A stretch of 64,000 nucleotides of DNA, from positions 32,001 through 96,000 of the forward strand of contig CAMTVK010000005.1 in the NCBI GenBank assembly GCA_947085185.1, in the 5' to 3' direction. The notes under the pieces were generated by a model that was not told the origin of the DNA, searched no databases, and was given only the letters and a program-made list of their open reading frames with translations. Below are positions 31,658-40,635 of the stretch, in pieces (position 1 is the stretch's first letter; the number at the start of each line of letters is the position of its first letter). The translations under genes and the position numbers were made by a program. This DNA is from Candidatus Fraserbacteria bacterium (lineage in GTDB: Bacteria; Bipolaricaulota; Bipolaricaulia; RBG-16-55-9; DRXL01).

Positions 31658-32063
31658 ACTTTTGCAAGTACCCTTGTAAGATCAAGACGGCGGCGAGGGC
31701 GTCTTTGGTTTGTGTGCGCTTGCGGCGGCTCATGCGAGCCTCAAGCAAGACGCGCTCGGCCTCGGCGGTCGTCAGGCGCTCGTCGAACGTGTGCACGGGG
31801 AGTGTGAGCGCGTCTTCGAGGGCTCTTTTGAAGTCGAGGACTTGCTGAGCTTTCGGTCCCAGGGAGCCGTCCATATTGATGGGCAGTCCCAGCACGATCT
31901 CCGTGACGCGATACTGAACAACGAGCTCGCTCAGAAAGCGCAGGTCGCTCTTGATATCTTTACGTTTATAGACTGCGAGGGGGCTGGCGAGCGTGCGGCT
32001 CTCGTCGCTGAGGGCCAGTCCCAAGCGTCTTTCGCCAAAGTCTATGCCGAGCACACGGGCCAT
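31650..32063 (-). CDS. ruvX: Holliday junction resolvase-like / pre-16S rRNA nuclease YqgF
   Basis: LGIDFGERRLGLALSD, GLPINMDG, DERLTT, DALAAVLILQ. Confidence 0.95.
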   Translation of the reverse strand: MARVLGIDFGERRLGLALSDESRTLASPLAVYKRKDIKSDLRFLSELVVQYRVTEIVLGLPINMDGSLGPKAQQVLDFKRALEDALTLPVHTFDERLTTAEAERVLLEARMSRRKRTQTKDALAAVLILQGYLQKST

Positions 32064-32133
32064 ACGTGAAGCTTAGAAGATTTCTCAGTGCGGTGCAATA
32101 GAGGCTATACTCTTTCTCAGGAGCGTGAGACCT

Positions 32134-32361
32134 ATGGCCGTTGAGACGTTGGTTGAGACCGTGGCCCCAAGCGAGACATGGATCAGCGTCTGGCACGACG
32201 ACGCCGAGAGAGAAGTCTATATTCAGTACGGGTATGTAGATATCAGCATGCCCGTGGAAGACTTTGAAGAGTTGGTCGAGACGCTCATCGAAGCGCGCGA
32301 AAAACTTAAAAGCTCCAGATCGCCCCGGGCAAGCCGGCGAAGAACTGGCTCAAGAGAATAA
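32134..32361 (+). CDS. Small acidic hypothetical protein
   Basis: SD AGGAG, upstream TATACT, protein-like composition. Confidence 0.6.
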   Translation: MAVETLVETVAPSETWISVWHDDAEREVYIQYGYVDISMPVEDFEELVETLIEAREKLKSSRSPRASRRRTGSRE

Positions 32362-33790
32362 GGGCTTGCAGAAGCAGCCCCTCAAGATACCCGATCACGC
32401 TCACAACAGAGGGCAGCGGGAGCACACTGGCTATCAGTAAGACTATACCGCCCCACAGGGCGATCGCGACGAGCGGAACGATCACAAGATTGCCCATGAT
32501 CGCTCCCCACAGATAGACTCGATGAAATTGAGAGGCGATCACAGGCGCGACGGCGATCTGCGCTGCCAGCGAGACGAGCACGAACATCACGAGCCAACGG
32601 AGCCCACAACGCACCCAGGACTCTTCCCGTGGGTGCTGTGGAGCAAGCCGGAAGTATTCTGCAATGTGTGGCCATAGATAGATCACAGCGAGCAGAATCC
32701 CCAACGTCCCGGCAAAGCTCAACTGAAAGCTCGCTTCCAAGAGTGCTTCTGGGTCGAAGAGCAGAATCCCCAGGGCGGCCATCGCTAGATTTTGCAAGGG
32801 ATCAGCCCAACGTTTGAGAATCCAGCCGCGCTCCGCTAAGAGAAACCCAACAGTCAGAAAGAAGAACATCAGCGTGGCCCGCACGAGGCTCACCTCAAAG
32901 CCTACGATCAAAAGATAGATCAGCACCACGGGTGCAGCAAGCAAGTAGAGTCGCGAGACGGAAAAGCCACACCATCTCAGTGTGAGTGCAAGTAACGCCA
33001 AGATCATTCCCAAGTTGGCCCCAGAGACCGCCAGCACGTGCATCACCCCGGCATCACGAAAAGCGCTTTCGATCTCGTTGGGGAGGCTCTCGCGCTCCCC
33101 AAAGAGTAAGCCCTTCAGGAGCGCGCTCTGCTCCAGCGAGAGATGTCTCTCTAGGCGTGCAAAGAGATCGCGGCGGAGGTCATATCCCCATTGCAGAAGA
33201 GAGAAGCCCCGACGACGAGCGACGATCTGGACTTGGCTCTCTCGATAGACCCAGATGACGCCCCAGATGTCGCGGCGTCGCAGATACTCGCGATAGTCGA
33301 AGAGCCTTTCTTGGCGCGTGGTGGGCACACGCACCGGCGCTCGGACGATGAGTTCGTCGCCATAGTCGATCCAAAAATATTCGGGGTCGCGCGTGTGATC
33401 GTAGATAACTTGCAGATACCCCGGGGCGTTCTGAGGCTTGAGCACGAAGCGCGAACGCTCCGGCCCATGATCGGGATAGCTGACGACGATGCCTCGGACG
33501 TGCTGGATTCTGTCGGTGTGCTCATAAAGTGTCTCTGTAGGGAAGCGCGCGTTGGTGTAGAGCAAATTGCCGAGGGCTATACAAGTGATCAGCGCTGAGG
33601 GTGTGCGGAGTGTGCGGAGTCGTGCGACTGTTAGGCTCATAAGGGTAATAAGAAGCCCCAAGAGCGTGACCCCAGCAAGCCAGGCAAACGAGAGCTTATA
33701 GAGATGTCCTAAGAGAATGCCCAGAGCGAAGAAGATCGCGATGAGCACCAGTGGCCGACGATGGTGGGTGTGACGAGGCGGCAGCATCAT
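32306..33790 (-). CDS. comEC: ComEC/Rec2 competence protein (no metallo-beta-lactamase domain)
   Basis: FDYREYL, AGVMHVLAVSGAN, SLVRATLM, SFQLSFAG. Confidence 0.92.
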   Translation of the reverse strand: MMLPPRHTHHRRPLVLIAIFFALGILLGHLYKLSFAWLAGVTLLGLLITLMSLTVARLRTLRTPSALITCIALGNLLYTNARFPTETLYEHTDRIQHVRGIVVSYPDHGPERSRFVLKPQNAPGYLQVIYDHTRDPEYFWIDYGDELIVRAPVRVPTTRQERLFDYREYLRRRDIWGVIWVYRESQVQIVARRRGFSLLQWGYDLRRDLFARLERHLSLEQSALLKGLLFGERESLPNEIESAFRDAGVMHVLAVSGANLGMILALLALTLRWCGFSVSRLYLLAAPVVLIYLLIVGFEVSLVRATLMFFFLTVGFLLAERGWILKRWADPLQNLAMAALGILLFDPEALLEASFQLSFAGTLGILLAVIYLWPHIAEYFRLAPQHPREESWVRCGLRWLVMFVLVSLAAQIAVAPVIASQFHRVYLWGAIMGNLVIVPLVAIALWGGIVLLIASVLPLPSVVSVIGYLEGLLLQALILLSQFFAGLPGAIWSF

Positions 33791-33829
33791 AACGGATCAG
33801 TACGGCGTAGGCACACCCTGCTCGATTCT

Positions 33830-33923
33830 TCTTGTTGAGGCGCTCCAGCAGCTGTTGGTGTCGTTTTTCTTTGGGGATATAGACTGTCAGCTGCCAGGGC
33901 GTCTCCCCGTTTGTCCGTCTCAC
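33830..33923 (-). pseudogene. Possible truncated ribbon-helix-helix-like small regulator upstream of comEC
   Basis: TATAAT + SD GAGGTG + GTG; LTVYIPKEKRHQQLLERL then reads out of frame into comEC. Confidence 0.35.
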
Positions 33924-34030
33924 CGAATCACCTCATTATACTTCAGTTGAGTTTACTGGGAAAGGCCCCGGGGTCCCTGCGCCAAGAGCAGTGGCGCACG
34001 AGCCCCCGATGCTGTATGATCGTGTGCGAG

Positions 34031-34222
34031 ATGTGGCGCTTCTGGCTGGTCGTGCTGATCTGTGGCGGACTGCTCCTGCTAGGAGCACGCTATTTTATCT
34101 TGTCGCGGATGAAGGACGACGAGTATCATCAGTGTCCGCACTGTCGCAGCTTCTATCGCGGCGAGGTGACCTACTGCCCACACTGCGGGCAGGTTGTGGC
34201 TCGTTGGTCGAATAGACGATAG
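34031..34222 (+). CDS. Small membrane-anchored double zinc-ribbon protein
   Basis: TM then CPHC...CPHC. Confidence 0.75.
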   Translation: MWRFWLVVLICGGLLLLGARYFILSRMKDDEYHQCPHCRSFYRGEVTYCPHCGQVVARWSNRR

Positions 34223-34225
34223 CAC

Positions 34226-34942
34226 CTACAGCACTTCGAGGATCGTGCTCAGCGAAAGCTCCGTCGAGTGCGCAAGATACGCCGCCCGACCTTCCCCATC
34301 CAGCTTGCTTGACCCTGATTGCTCCACCCTCACCGTGTAAACCCACTCATAAGAATGATCCTTCTGGAGCCTCAAGATCATAAACTCTAAGTCTTCGGTG
34401 GAGCTGAGGGCGTAGGGCAAGATCTCTCGCCAATAGATATATTCGATGTCGTGCTTGGCCGTCACTCTCAAAGTGATCTGCACGGAATCACCGACTTGGA
34501 GGGGTCTGTTAGGGAGAATCCGCTCGACTCGGACGAGTTCATTCTCTACACGCTCGACGCGGAAGTCCGGGGGGGGCGGCGCCAGCACCGTGATCTCTGT
34601 GCGCGCCGTCGCGCTCTGGCCTGCTTTGTCGTAGACTGTCAGTTGGATCGTATACTTCCCCGGTACTTCGAATGTCGGCTCAATGCGCGCCCCTGTGAAT
34701 TCCCGGCCGTCGCTCAGCCTCCAGTGCATGAGCACAATCCCGCGATCGTCCGTTGAGGACGAGGCGTCGAAGACTAGCGTCAATGGGGCAACCCCGGACC
34801 GTTCGCTCTGACACGCAGGACACTCAAGAGAGATCACAGCGACGGGCGGTTGGTCGGGCTTCTCCCCGATGGGGATGGGCTGAGTGCACCCTGAGAGCAT
34901 CACCGCAGTGAGCACGATCACAAGATATCTCGAACATCTCAT
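34226..34942 (-). CDS. PKD-domain lipoprotein
   Basis: Lipobox MLSGC; GVAPLTLVFDASSSTD...PGKYTIQLTVYD. Confidence 0.85.
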   Translation of the reverse strand: MRCSRYLVIVLTAVMLSGCTQPIPIGEKPDQPPVAVISLECPACQSERSGVAPLTLVFDASSSTDDRGIVLMHWRLSDGREFTGARIEPTFEVPGKYTIQLTVYDKAGQSATARTEITVLAPPPPDFRVERVENELVRVERILPNRPLQVGDSVQITLRVTAKHDIEYIYWREILPYALSSTEDLEFMILRLQKDHSYEWVYTVRVEQSGSSKLDGEGRAAYLAHSTELSLSTILEVL

Positions 34943-35030
34943 AGTCTCCTCTCCTTGACTGGGCAGAGCTATCGCTCTTAGACTACTCTGTGTAGGAGTC
35001 CAAACGATACCCCATAGTCCCAGGGCGAGC

Positions 35031-35044
35031 GTGACGTTGGTCAC
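35031..35044. promoter_or_regulatory. Candidate Crp/Fnr-type site
   Basis: GTGA-N6-TCAC between divergent PKD and HU genes. Confidence 0.4.
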
Positions 35045-35161
35045 TTTGCTTGCCCCCCGTCTAGGCCAGGGACACGTGACGAATTAGCACTTTGAAGAGG
35101 GGTTGCACTGGTGAGGGGGTTTCGTATAGAATGCAAAAAACTCGCTGACTCCGGAGGGGCT

Positions 35162-35500
35162 ATGAGGAAGATCGAGTTGGTCGCTCAAGTATCGCGGCGG
35201 ACCGGTGTGCCCAAGGAGACGGTGCTGAAGTCATTGAACGCAGCGCTGGACGTGATCGCCGAGACTATTGCGTGTGGGGAAGAAGTGAGGCTGAAGAACT
35301 TTGGGACGTTTCGCGTAGTGCCGCGGCGCCCTACCCAGCGTAGCCATCTTCATACTCATCAGCTCGTGACTATCCCAAGCAAGGTTATGCCGCGCTTCTA
35401 TCCCGGCAAGCCTCTCAAGAAGCTCATAGCAGAAAGCTTGATCGTCGTGCAGCTGCCCAGCGGGCGTCTGACCGCCCGCCCACGGGCTGATCTGAGCTGA
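35162..35500 (+). CDS. HU/IHF family DNA-binding protein
   Basis: KIELVAQVS, GEEVRLKNFGTF, PRFYPGKPLK. Confidence 0.9.
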   Translation: MRKIELVAQVSRRTGVPKETVLKSLNAALDVIAETIACGEEVRLKNFGTFRVVPRRPTQRSHLHTHQLVTIPSKVMPRFYPGKPLKKLIAESLIVVQLPSGRLTARPRADLS

Positions 35501-35504
35501 GACT

Positions 35505-36959
35505 TTAAAGCCGTCGGAGAAACTGCTCGGCTTCGTCCTTGTAGGGATGGAACGGGTCGGCAAGGACAAGGGTGCGCTTGGGCTCGACGAAGACCCCATC
35601 CCATTCGATCATATACTCTCCCACAGCGTGTTGGCACAGGCCCCGCACGATCTTGGCGCGCCCACAGGCGCGCGTGTCTGTGGGGGCTTCTTCGAGGGCG
35701 CGCTCGATCTCTCGCTCACTGACGAGCCGCCGCCGCGATTCAAGCGCATAATAGAGCCCGTGGTCTGGGTCGATATTATGATACTCTAAGTCTAAGCTGT
35801 GCAGGACTTCATCCTGCCAGGTCAGCCCTTCGCTCTCCTTGAAGAGCTGGAGCATGTGGAACTTGGCCACCCAATCCAGCCGGTCGGCGAGCTCCAACGG
35901 ATCGCGCTCCAGGGCATCGAGAGTCTCTTCCCAACTGTGCAGAATCTCGTCGGTCTCGTCGTCGCGCCCGGAAAACCGCCGCTGGGCGGCTTGGAGATAG
36001 AAGCGTTGGAGATCGATAGCGGAGATGGTCGAGCCGTTTTCGCGTCGCACGATCCATCGATGAGTAGGGTCGCGCGAGATCTCTTTGAGGGCGCGCAGGG
36101 GCGCAGCTAACTCTACCCCCGACGGCACCGCTTGCTCCTCGAGCAGATCTAACACCAAGATCGTCGTGCCCACTTTGAGAAACGTCGCGTACTCCGAGGG
36201 GTTCGCTTCGCCAAAGAGCAAGTGCAAGCGCGGGCTGCGCGACAGCTCGTACATCTGGTCCCACTTGGGATTGATCAGCGCCCGGCTGAAGCGCACCCGC
36301 CCAGAGACCGTGTGCAAGATATGATCGGCTCTCTGAGAGAGCTGAAACTCTACAGTGGGATCGGGTTCGACGCCGTAGGCTGAGTCCACGAAGACAGAAT
36401 CAGCCGTATGGCGTGTGGGGGATTTGGCTTGCCACGTGGTCGTAAGCCGGTGGCCACCGACCCGGCCCGCTCCAGCGAAGATCTGCCGAGTCACTAAGAA
36501 CGGGACGAGCTTATCGAGCGCATGGCGCCAGGAGAGCGACTCCGGGTCAACAGAATAATTCTCATGACATCCGAAGGTGTGCCCCGCGAAGTGATCCACG
36601 CTGTTATTATAAAAGCTGACTCTCTCGTGGAGCCGAAGCTCGCGCAGCACTTTGAGAATCAGCCGCTGCCCCGCGCGCTCATACGCGATCAGATCTCGCA
36701 AGGAGCGGCATTCTGGGGTCGCGTACTCCAAGTGCGAGCCGACGGCGTCAATATAGAGCCGGCCCCCGTTGATCAAAAATCCTCCGGCTTCGGCAGGCTC
36801 AAAATACATATCTCGGGTGTGCAAGTCGAGCAATCCCCAGCGTTTGTCACGGAAGACTGCGTTCTTGACGCGCTCCACGATCTCTTCGTACGGGCCCAAT
36901 TTGGGATCGCGCACCAAGCATCCAAACTCTGTCTCTAGCCCCACGACCCGATGCTGCAT
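35505..36959 (-). CDS. pafA: Pup/UBact-protein ligase (PafA family)
   Basis: GLETEFG, NGGRLYID, HLEYATPEC, GCHENY, SQRADH, LDWVAK, DLEYH; no Dop loop. Confidence 0.9.
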   Translation of the reverse strand: MQHRVVGLETEFGCLVRDPKLGPYEEIVERVKNAVFRDKRWGLLDLHTRDMYFEPAEAGGFLINGGRLYIDAVGSHLEYATPECRSLRDLIAYERAGQRLILKVLRELRLHERVSFYNNSVDHFAGHTFGCHENYSVDPESLSWRHALDKLVPFLVTRQIFAGAGRVGGHRLTTTWQAKSPTRHTADSVFVDSAYGVEPDPTVEFQLSQRADHILHTVSGRVRFSRALINPKWDQMYELSRSPRLHLLFGEANPSEYATFLKVGTTILVLDLLEEQAVPSGVELAAPLRALKEISRDPTHRWIVRRENGSTISAIDLQRFYLQAAQRRFSGRDDETDEILHSWEETLDALERDPLELADRLDWVAKFHMLQLFKESEGLTWQDEVLHSLDLEYHNIDPDHGLYYALESRRRLVSEREIERALEEAPTDTRACGRAKIVRGLCQHAVGEYMIEWDGVFVEPKRTLVLADPFHPYKDEAEQFLRRL

Positions 36960-37003
36960 ACCTCACGCTCCTGAGGACTCTCTACATTATTAGCTGATCC
37001 AAG

Positions 37004-37750
37004 CTATCTTAGCAAGAACGGCTTGAGCTCCTCTGCGCTCAGAAGACGAAAGCATCGTTCGCGCCGCGAGTGGCGCTCCAGCAAAGCGGCTTCGACTGCG
37101 CTCGTTTCAAGGGCTTCCGCGAGCACGGCGCGCCAGTCCGATGCGCTCGTAGCTCCGGCTTCGCGACGGCCTACTGCCCAAGCTTCCAAGGCCTTCTCGA
37201 GCGCGGCATCGCGCTTCGGGGTTTTTTGGGTGAACGCTGTGAGCACGCGCTCCATCGCTTCACGGGCGCCCTCGGTGCCCGCTGCCACTCCACACCGATG
37301 CGCAAGAGAGAACTCCCCATCATAGTTGAGCAGATAGAACAGATCGTCTTGGGGGGAGTCGCCCAGTTGGGCAAAGAGCCCGCGCACGACCAAGGGCAAT
37401 CGTAAGGGATCGCTGAAGCTTTGCTTGAGCGCCGGGCTGAGTGCCACACCTACGACGCGCTGAATCGAGACGTCGTGAGGGCTTCGCGCAAACCCCTCCG
37501 CATGCGCAAAATCTACGGCGATCTGACGAATCGTCTCAAGATCAGATTGGTTCCCAAGGCCCGCGAACGCGAGTCTGTCATAGATCTCAAAGATCTTTCG
37601 CTGCTGGGAGCGGCGCACGGTGACGAGCAAGACGCCCTCATGACACGAGAGCCCGACGATGGGGCTGCCCTCGCGCAGCCGGTCTTCGACGTAGTCGGCT
37701 TTTTGGCGCAGCGTCTGCTGCCAGTCGTAGGGAGTAAAAGCCATGGTCAC
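37004..37750 (-). CDS. prcA: 20S proteasome alpha subunit
   Basis: PYDWQQ N-terminus, KIFEIYDRLAFAGLG; follows prcB. Confidence 0.9.
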   Translation of the reverse strand: MTMAFTPYDWQQTLRQKADYVEDRLREGSPIVGLSCHEGVLLVTVRRSQQRKIFEIYDRLAFAGLGNQSDLETIRQIAVDFAHAEGFARSPHDVSIQRVVGVALSPALKQSFSDPLRLPLVVRGLFAQLGDSPQDDLFYLLNYDGEFSLAHRCGVAAGTEGAREAMERVLTAFTQKTPKRDAALEKALEAWAVGRREAGATSASDWRAVLAEALETSAVEAALLERHSRRERCFRLLSAEELKPFLLR

Positions 37751-38508
37751 TCTTTCACGAGGGTTTTTTGGATGGAGCGCAAGGTCTCTTCGGGAACGTC
37801 GAAAATCCCCTCAGCGGTCACGATCTTGGCCAAGGGCAGACTGTGACGAATGCCCCCGGTTGCGGTGTCCAGCGACGCTGCGATCTCCAGGAGCAAGAGC
37901 GTCTCGGAGAGGGCCTGTTCGAGCTTCATGGTGTGGAAGGGGCCCTTGGTGCGCACGATGTACTCAAAAGATCCGCGAATGCGCTCCGCGCCCGAGCCGG
38001 CAGCGCCGAACTCTCGGCTCTCAAAGCGCGCCCCCATGACGTCATAAAAGAAGATCCGTCCCTCGTTTTTTGCTCTATCGAACGCGCTGACGATGGGGAG
38101 AAACCCTCCGATTCCTTGGAGGGCGCTAGGGAGAGCTCGGCTGAGCACTCGTGAGACTTCGGAGAGTTTGCCCTCCAAGCTCATCTCTTGGAGCTGGCTG
38201 CGCGCGTAGTATTTGAGCGAGTGCTGCAGAAATCGCACAGCTTCAAACGCCGCGGCATACGACCCGGCGATGGCGATGAGCGTCTCATCGTCGAGCTTTA
38301 AGATCTTTTCGGCATCTTCGGAGAAGATCGCATTGCCTGCGGTGGCGCGTCGGTCGGCCACGTTCAAGACGCCCTGGTCGAACTTCACGGCGATGACTGT
38401 TGTGCCGTGAGTCCCAACCGAAGAGCTCGGAGGAGATGGGCTTGCTTCCACAGAAGGGAAGCGCAGCCCATACATTTCGAGAAGCTGGGCAAAGTCACCG
38501 TGGCTCAT
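37747..38508 (-). CDS. prcB: 20S proteasome beta subunit
   Basis: Propeptide then HG|TTVIA, ADRRATAG, SLEGK, GSG. Confidence 0.93.
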   Translation of the reverse strand: MSHGDFAQLLEMYGLRFPSVEASPSPPSSSVGTHGTTVIAVKFDQGVLNVADRRATAGNAIFSEDAEKILKLDDETLIAIAGSYAAAFEAVRFLQHSLKYYARSQLQEMSLEGKLSEVSRVLSRALPSALQGIGGFLPIVSAFDRAKNEGRIFFYDVMGARFESREFGAAGSGAERIRGSFEYIVRTKGPFHTMKLEQALSETLLLLEIAASLDTATGGIRHSLPLAKIVTAEGIFDVPEETLRSIQKTLVKE

Positions 38509-38522
38509 GCTGATAGGTCACT

Positions 38523-38693
38523 TCACTCTCCGCTGCGCTGCCGATAGCGCTGCGCTTGGCGCGGGTCCACCCGCCGCATCCGCTCCAACAGCCTTTCCGT
38601 GTCTGGCTTGGGCACGTTGGGCGTGCGCGGCCCATCGTCTCCGGGCTTGGTCAGCGGGTCCTGAGGAATCGGCTTGACGGTTCTCTCTGGCAT
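38523..38693 (-). CDS. ubact: UBact ubiquitin-like modifier (56 aa; missed by ORF track)
   Basis: MPERTVKPIPQDPLTKPGDDGPRTPNVPKPDTERLLERMRRVDPRQAQRYRQRSGE; C-terminal R[ST]G[EQ]; strong SD AAGGAGGT; lies between dop and prcB. Confidence 0.93.
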   Translation of the reverse strand: MPERTVKPIPQDPLTKPGDDGPRTPNVPKPDTERLLERMRRVDPRQAQRYRQRSGE

Positions 38694-38709
38694 AGACTGT
38701 ACCTCCTTC

Positions 38710-40209
38710 TCAGATGCTCTGAGTCGTCTGCTGTATGATACCCCAAAGTTCGCGCGGCGTCGAGGCCCCCTCTAAGACGTTCGTGAGGGCACCAACCCGC
38801 CCGTCTACAAGCGTCTTGAGATCGAGCATCACATCTCGCCCGTCTTGCGAGAGCGTGATGCGACCCCACGAGAGCGCACGAATCTGTGAAGAAAACTTGC
38901 GCACGCACAGCCCGCGAATGAACGCGCGCGTATCAGCCGGAGGATGGTCCATCGCTCGCACAACCTCTTCTTCGGTGACCAGGCGACGCATGGCTCCTTG
39001 GCGCTGCAGCTCATAGAAGAGACTCCGTTGCGGATCGAGAACGTGATACTCTAAGTCGAGGCTACGCACGATCTCCTCGTGCCAGCTCAGCTTCTCCGAC
39101 TCAATGAAAGTCCGCAGCAGCTCGCGCTTGGCAACCCAGTCGAGCCGATCAGCGCATCGAGACGGATCGGCTTCGAGGTCGTCGAGCACGGATTCCCATG
39201 CGTCAAGGAGCCAATCGGTCTCGGCGTCGCGATGGCGAAAGAGCTCTTGGGCAGCCTTCAGATAAGCTCTCTGGACGTCGAGTGCTGAGATCGAGCCTAC
39301 TTCTTCGAGCTCCACGAGCCAGCGGTACGAGGGATCGCGCGAGAGCTCTTTCAGTGTGCGCACGGGGTCCTTGAGGGTTCCCGGGGGACCGGAACCCGCT
39401 TCGAGCGTTGCGATCACGAGCGCTGTCGTTCCCACTTTCAGGGCCGTCGCGTACTCACTGAGATTGGCATCGCCGCAGATGACGTGCAGTCTTCTATACA
39501 ATCTCTCATCGGCGTGGGGCTCATCGCGGCTATTGATGAGCGGGCGGCGGTCGAGCGTGTCCACGCTGCACAGCTCGGAGAAAAAATCGGCGCGTTGCGA
39601 GAGCTGATAGTCTGCTGAGCCATTGTCGCTCCCCACTCGGCCAGCTCCAGCAAAGAGAATGCGCGTCACCAAGAATGGGATCAGCCCAGCGATCAACTGT
39701 TCAAACGGCAGCCCGCGCTTGACGAGATAGTTCTCATGGCAGCCGTAGCTCATGCCGTGATAGTCAATATTATTCTTGAAGATTGAGACGGGGCGTCCGG
39801 TCTGGCGGGCATACGCTTGGGCTGCTGCCCAGACGATGCGCTCGCCGGCTTTGTCGTGGGCGATCAAGTCGCGAAGCGACCGGCATTCGGGGGTGCTGTA
39901 TTCAGGATGCCCATGATCGTGATAGAGCCGTGCGCCGTTCGCTAAGACTTTATCGGCGTGGTCTTCGGAAGCACTCAGATATTTTCGCGAGGGTTTTTCG
40001 TACTGTGCGTCTTTGGGGTTGAGGGTGAGGGTTGGGGCGCGCCAGCCGCGCGCGTCGCGCAGAGGGTCTTCGTCGCGATAATCCCAGGGCTGAGCGCATG
40101 GTCCAGGGTAGCATCGGACGAGAGCCCTGGCTTCGTCCACCAGATCTGTGAGGGCGATCCCTTCGATGAGGAGTCCGTATTCGGTCTCAAGGCCGAGCAA
40201 GCGATCCAT
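38710..40209 (-). CDS. dop: Depupylase/deamidase (Dop family)
   Basis: GLETEYG, Dop loop WDYRDEDPLRDARG, HPEYSTPEC, GCHENY, RDEPHAD...RRLHVICGDAN. Confidence 0.9.
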   Translation of the reverse strand: MDRLLGLETEYGLLIEGIALTDLVDEARALVRCYPGPCAQPWDYRDEDPLRDARGWRAPTLTLNPKDAQYEKPSRKYLSASEDHADKVLANGARLYHDHGHPEYSTPECRSLRDLIAHDKAGERIVWAAAQAYARQTGRPVSIFKNNIDYHGMSYGCHENYLVKRGLPFEQLIAGLIPFLVTRILFAGAGRVGSDNGSADYQLSQRADFFSELCSVDTLDRRPLINSRDEPHADERLYRRLHVICGDANLSEYATALKVGTTALVIATLEAGSGPPGTLKDPVRTLKELSRDPSYRWLVELEEVGSISALDVQRAYLKAAQELFRHRDAETDWLLDAWESVLDDLEADPSRCADRLDWVAKRELLRTFIESEKLSWHEEIVRSLDLEYHVLDPQRSLFYELQRQGAMRRLVTEEEVVRAMDHPPADTRAFIRGLCVRKFSSQIRALSWGRITLSQDGRDVMLDLKTLVDGRVGALTNVLEGASTPRELWGIIQQTTQSI

Positions 40210-40258
40210 AGGATTCATTATGCCAGAGAGTGGGGCTTCTGTCATATTGTGGGGACAG

Positions 40259-40287
40259 TTGACGAGATGTGTGCAAGCAGCTATAAT
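40259..40287 (+). promoter_or_regulatory. sigma70 promoter of tRNA-Asp/tRNA-Phe
   Basis: TTGACG-17 bp-TATAAT. Confidence 0.88.
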
Positions 40288-40297
40288 GTGCGAGCAC

Positions 40298-40374
40298 GGG
40301 GGTGTGGTGTAGTGGCCTAACACGCTGCCCTGTCAAGGCAGAGATCGCGGGTTCAAATCCCGTCATCCCCGCCA
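40298..40374 (+). tRNA. tRNA-Asp(GTC)
   Basis: GGGGGTG/CATCCCC stem, CTGCC-CTGTCAA-GGCAG arm, GGTTCAAATCC, encoded CCA. Confidence 0.97.
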
Positions 40375-40376
40375 GC

Positions 40377-40449
40377 GCCGAGGTAGCTCAGTTGGTAGAG
40401 CACAGGACTGAAAATCCTGGTGTCGGCGGTTCGAGTCCGCCCCTCGGCA
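40377..40449 (+). tRNA. tRNA-Phe(GAA), CCA not encoded
   Basis: GCCGAGG/CCTCGGC stem, CAGGA-CTGAAAA-TCCTG arm, GGTTCGAGTCC. Confidence 0.97.
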
Positions 40450-40493
40450 CTGAAATTTGCACCGAATTCTCTTAAGAAGGGAGAAGAACCGTC

Positions 40494-40634
40494 ATGGCCG
40501 ATAAGAAAGAGATACGAGCAGTGGAGATCCCCGAAGGGGAGGGGCGCTTGCCGTGGTGGGTTTGGGGCGCTGTCATCGCTTGGTTGATCTACGCGTTTCT
40601 GATCGGGCCGTTCGCTCTGACTAGCCCGCGTTAA
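40494..40634 (+). CDS. 46-aa single-TM peptide, putative small oxidase subunit (missed by ORF track)
   Basis: MADKKEIRAVEIPEGEGRLPWWVWGAVIAWLIYAFLIGPFALTSPR; purine-rich SD; stop 1 nt before ccoN start. Confidence 0.75.
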   Translation: MADKKEIRAVEIPEGEGRLPWWVWGAVIAWLIYAFLIGPFALTSPR

Positions 40635-40635
40635 C

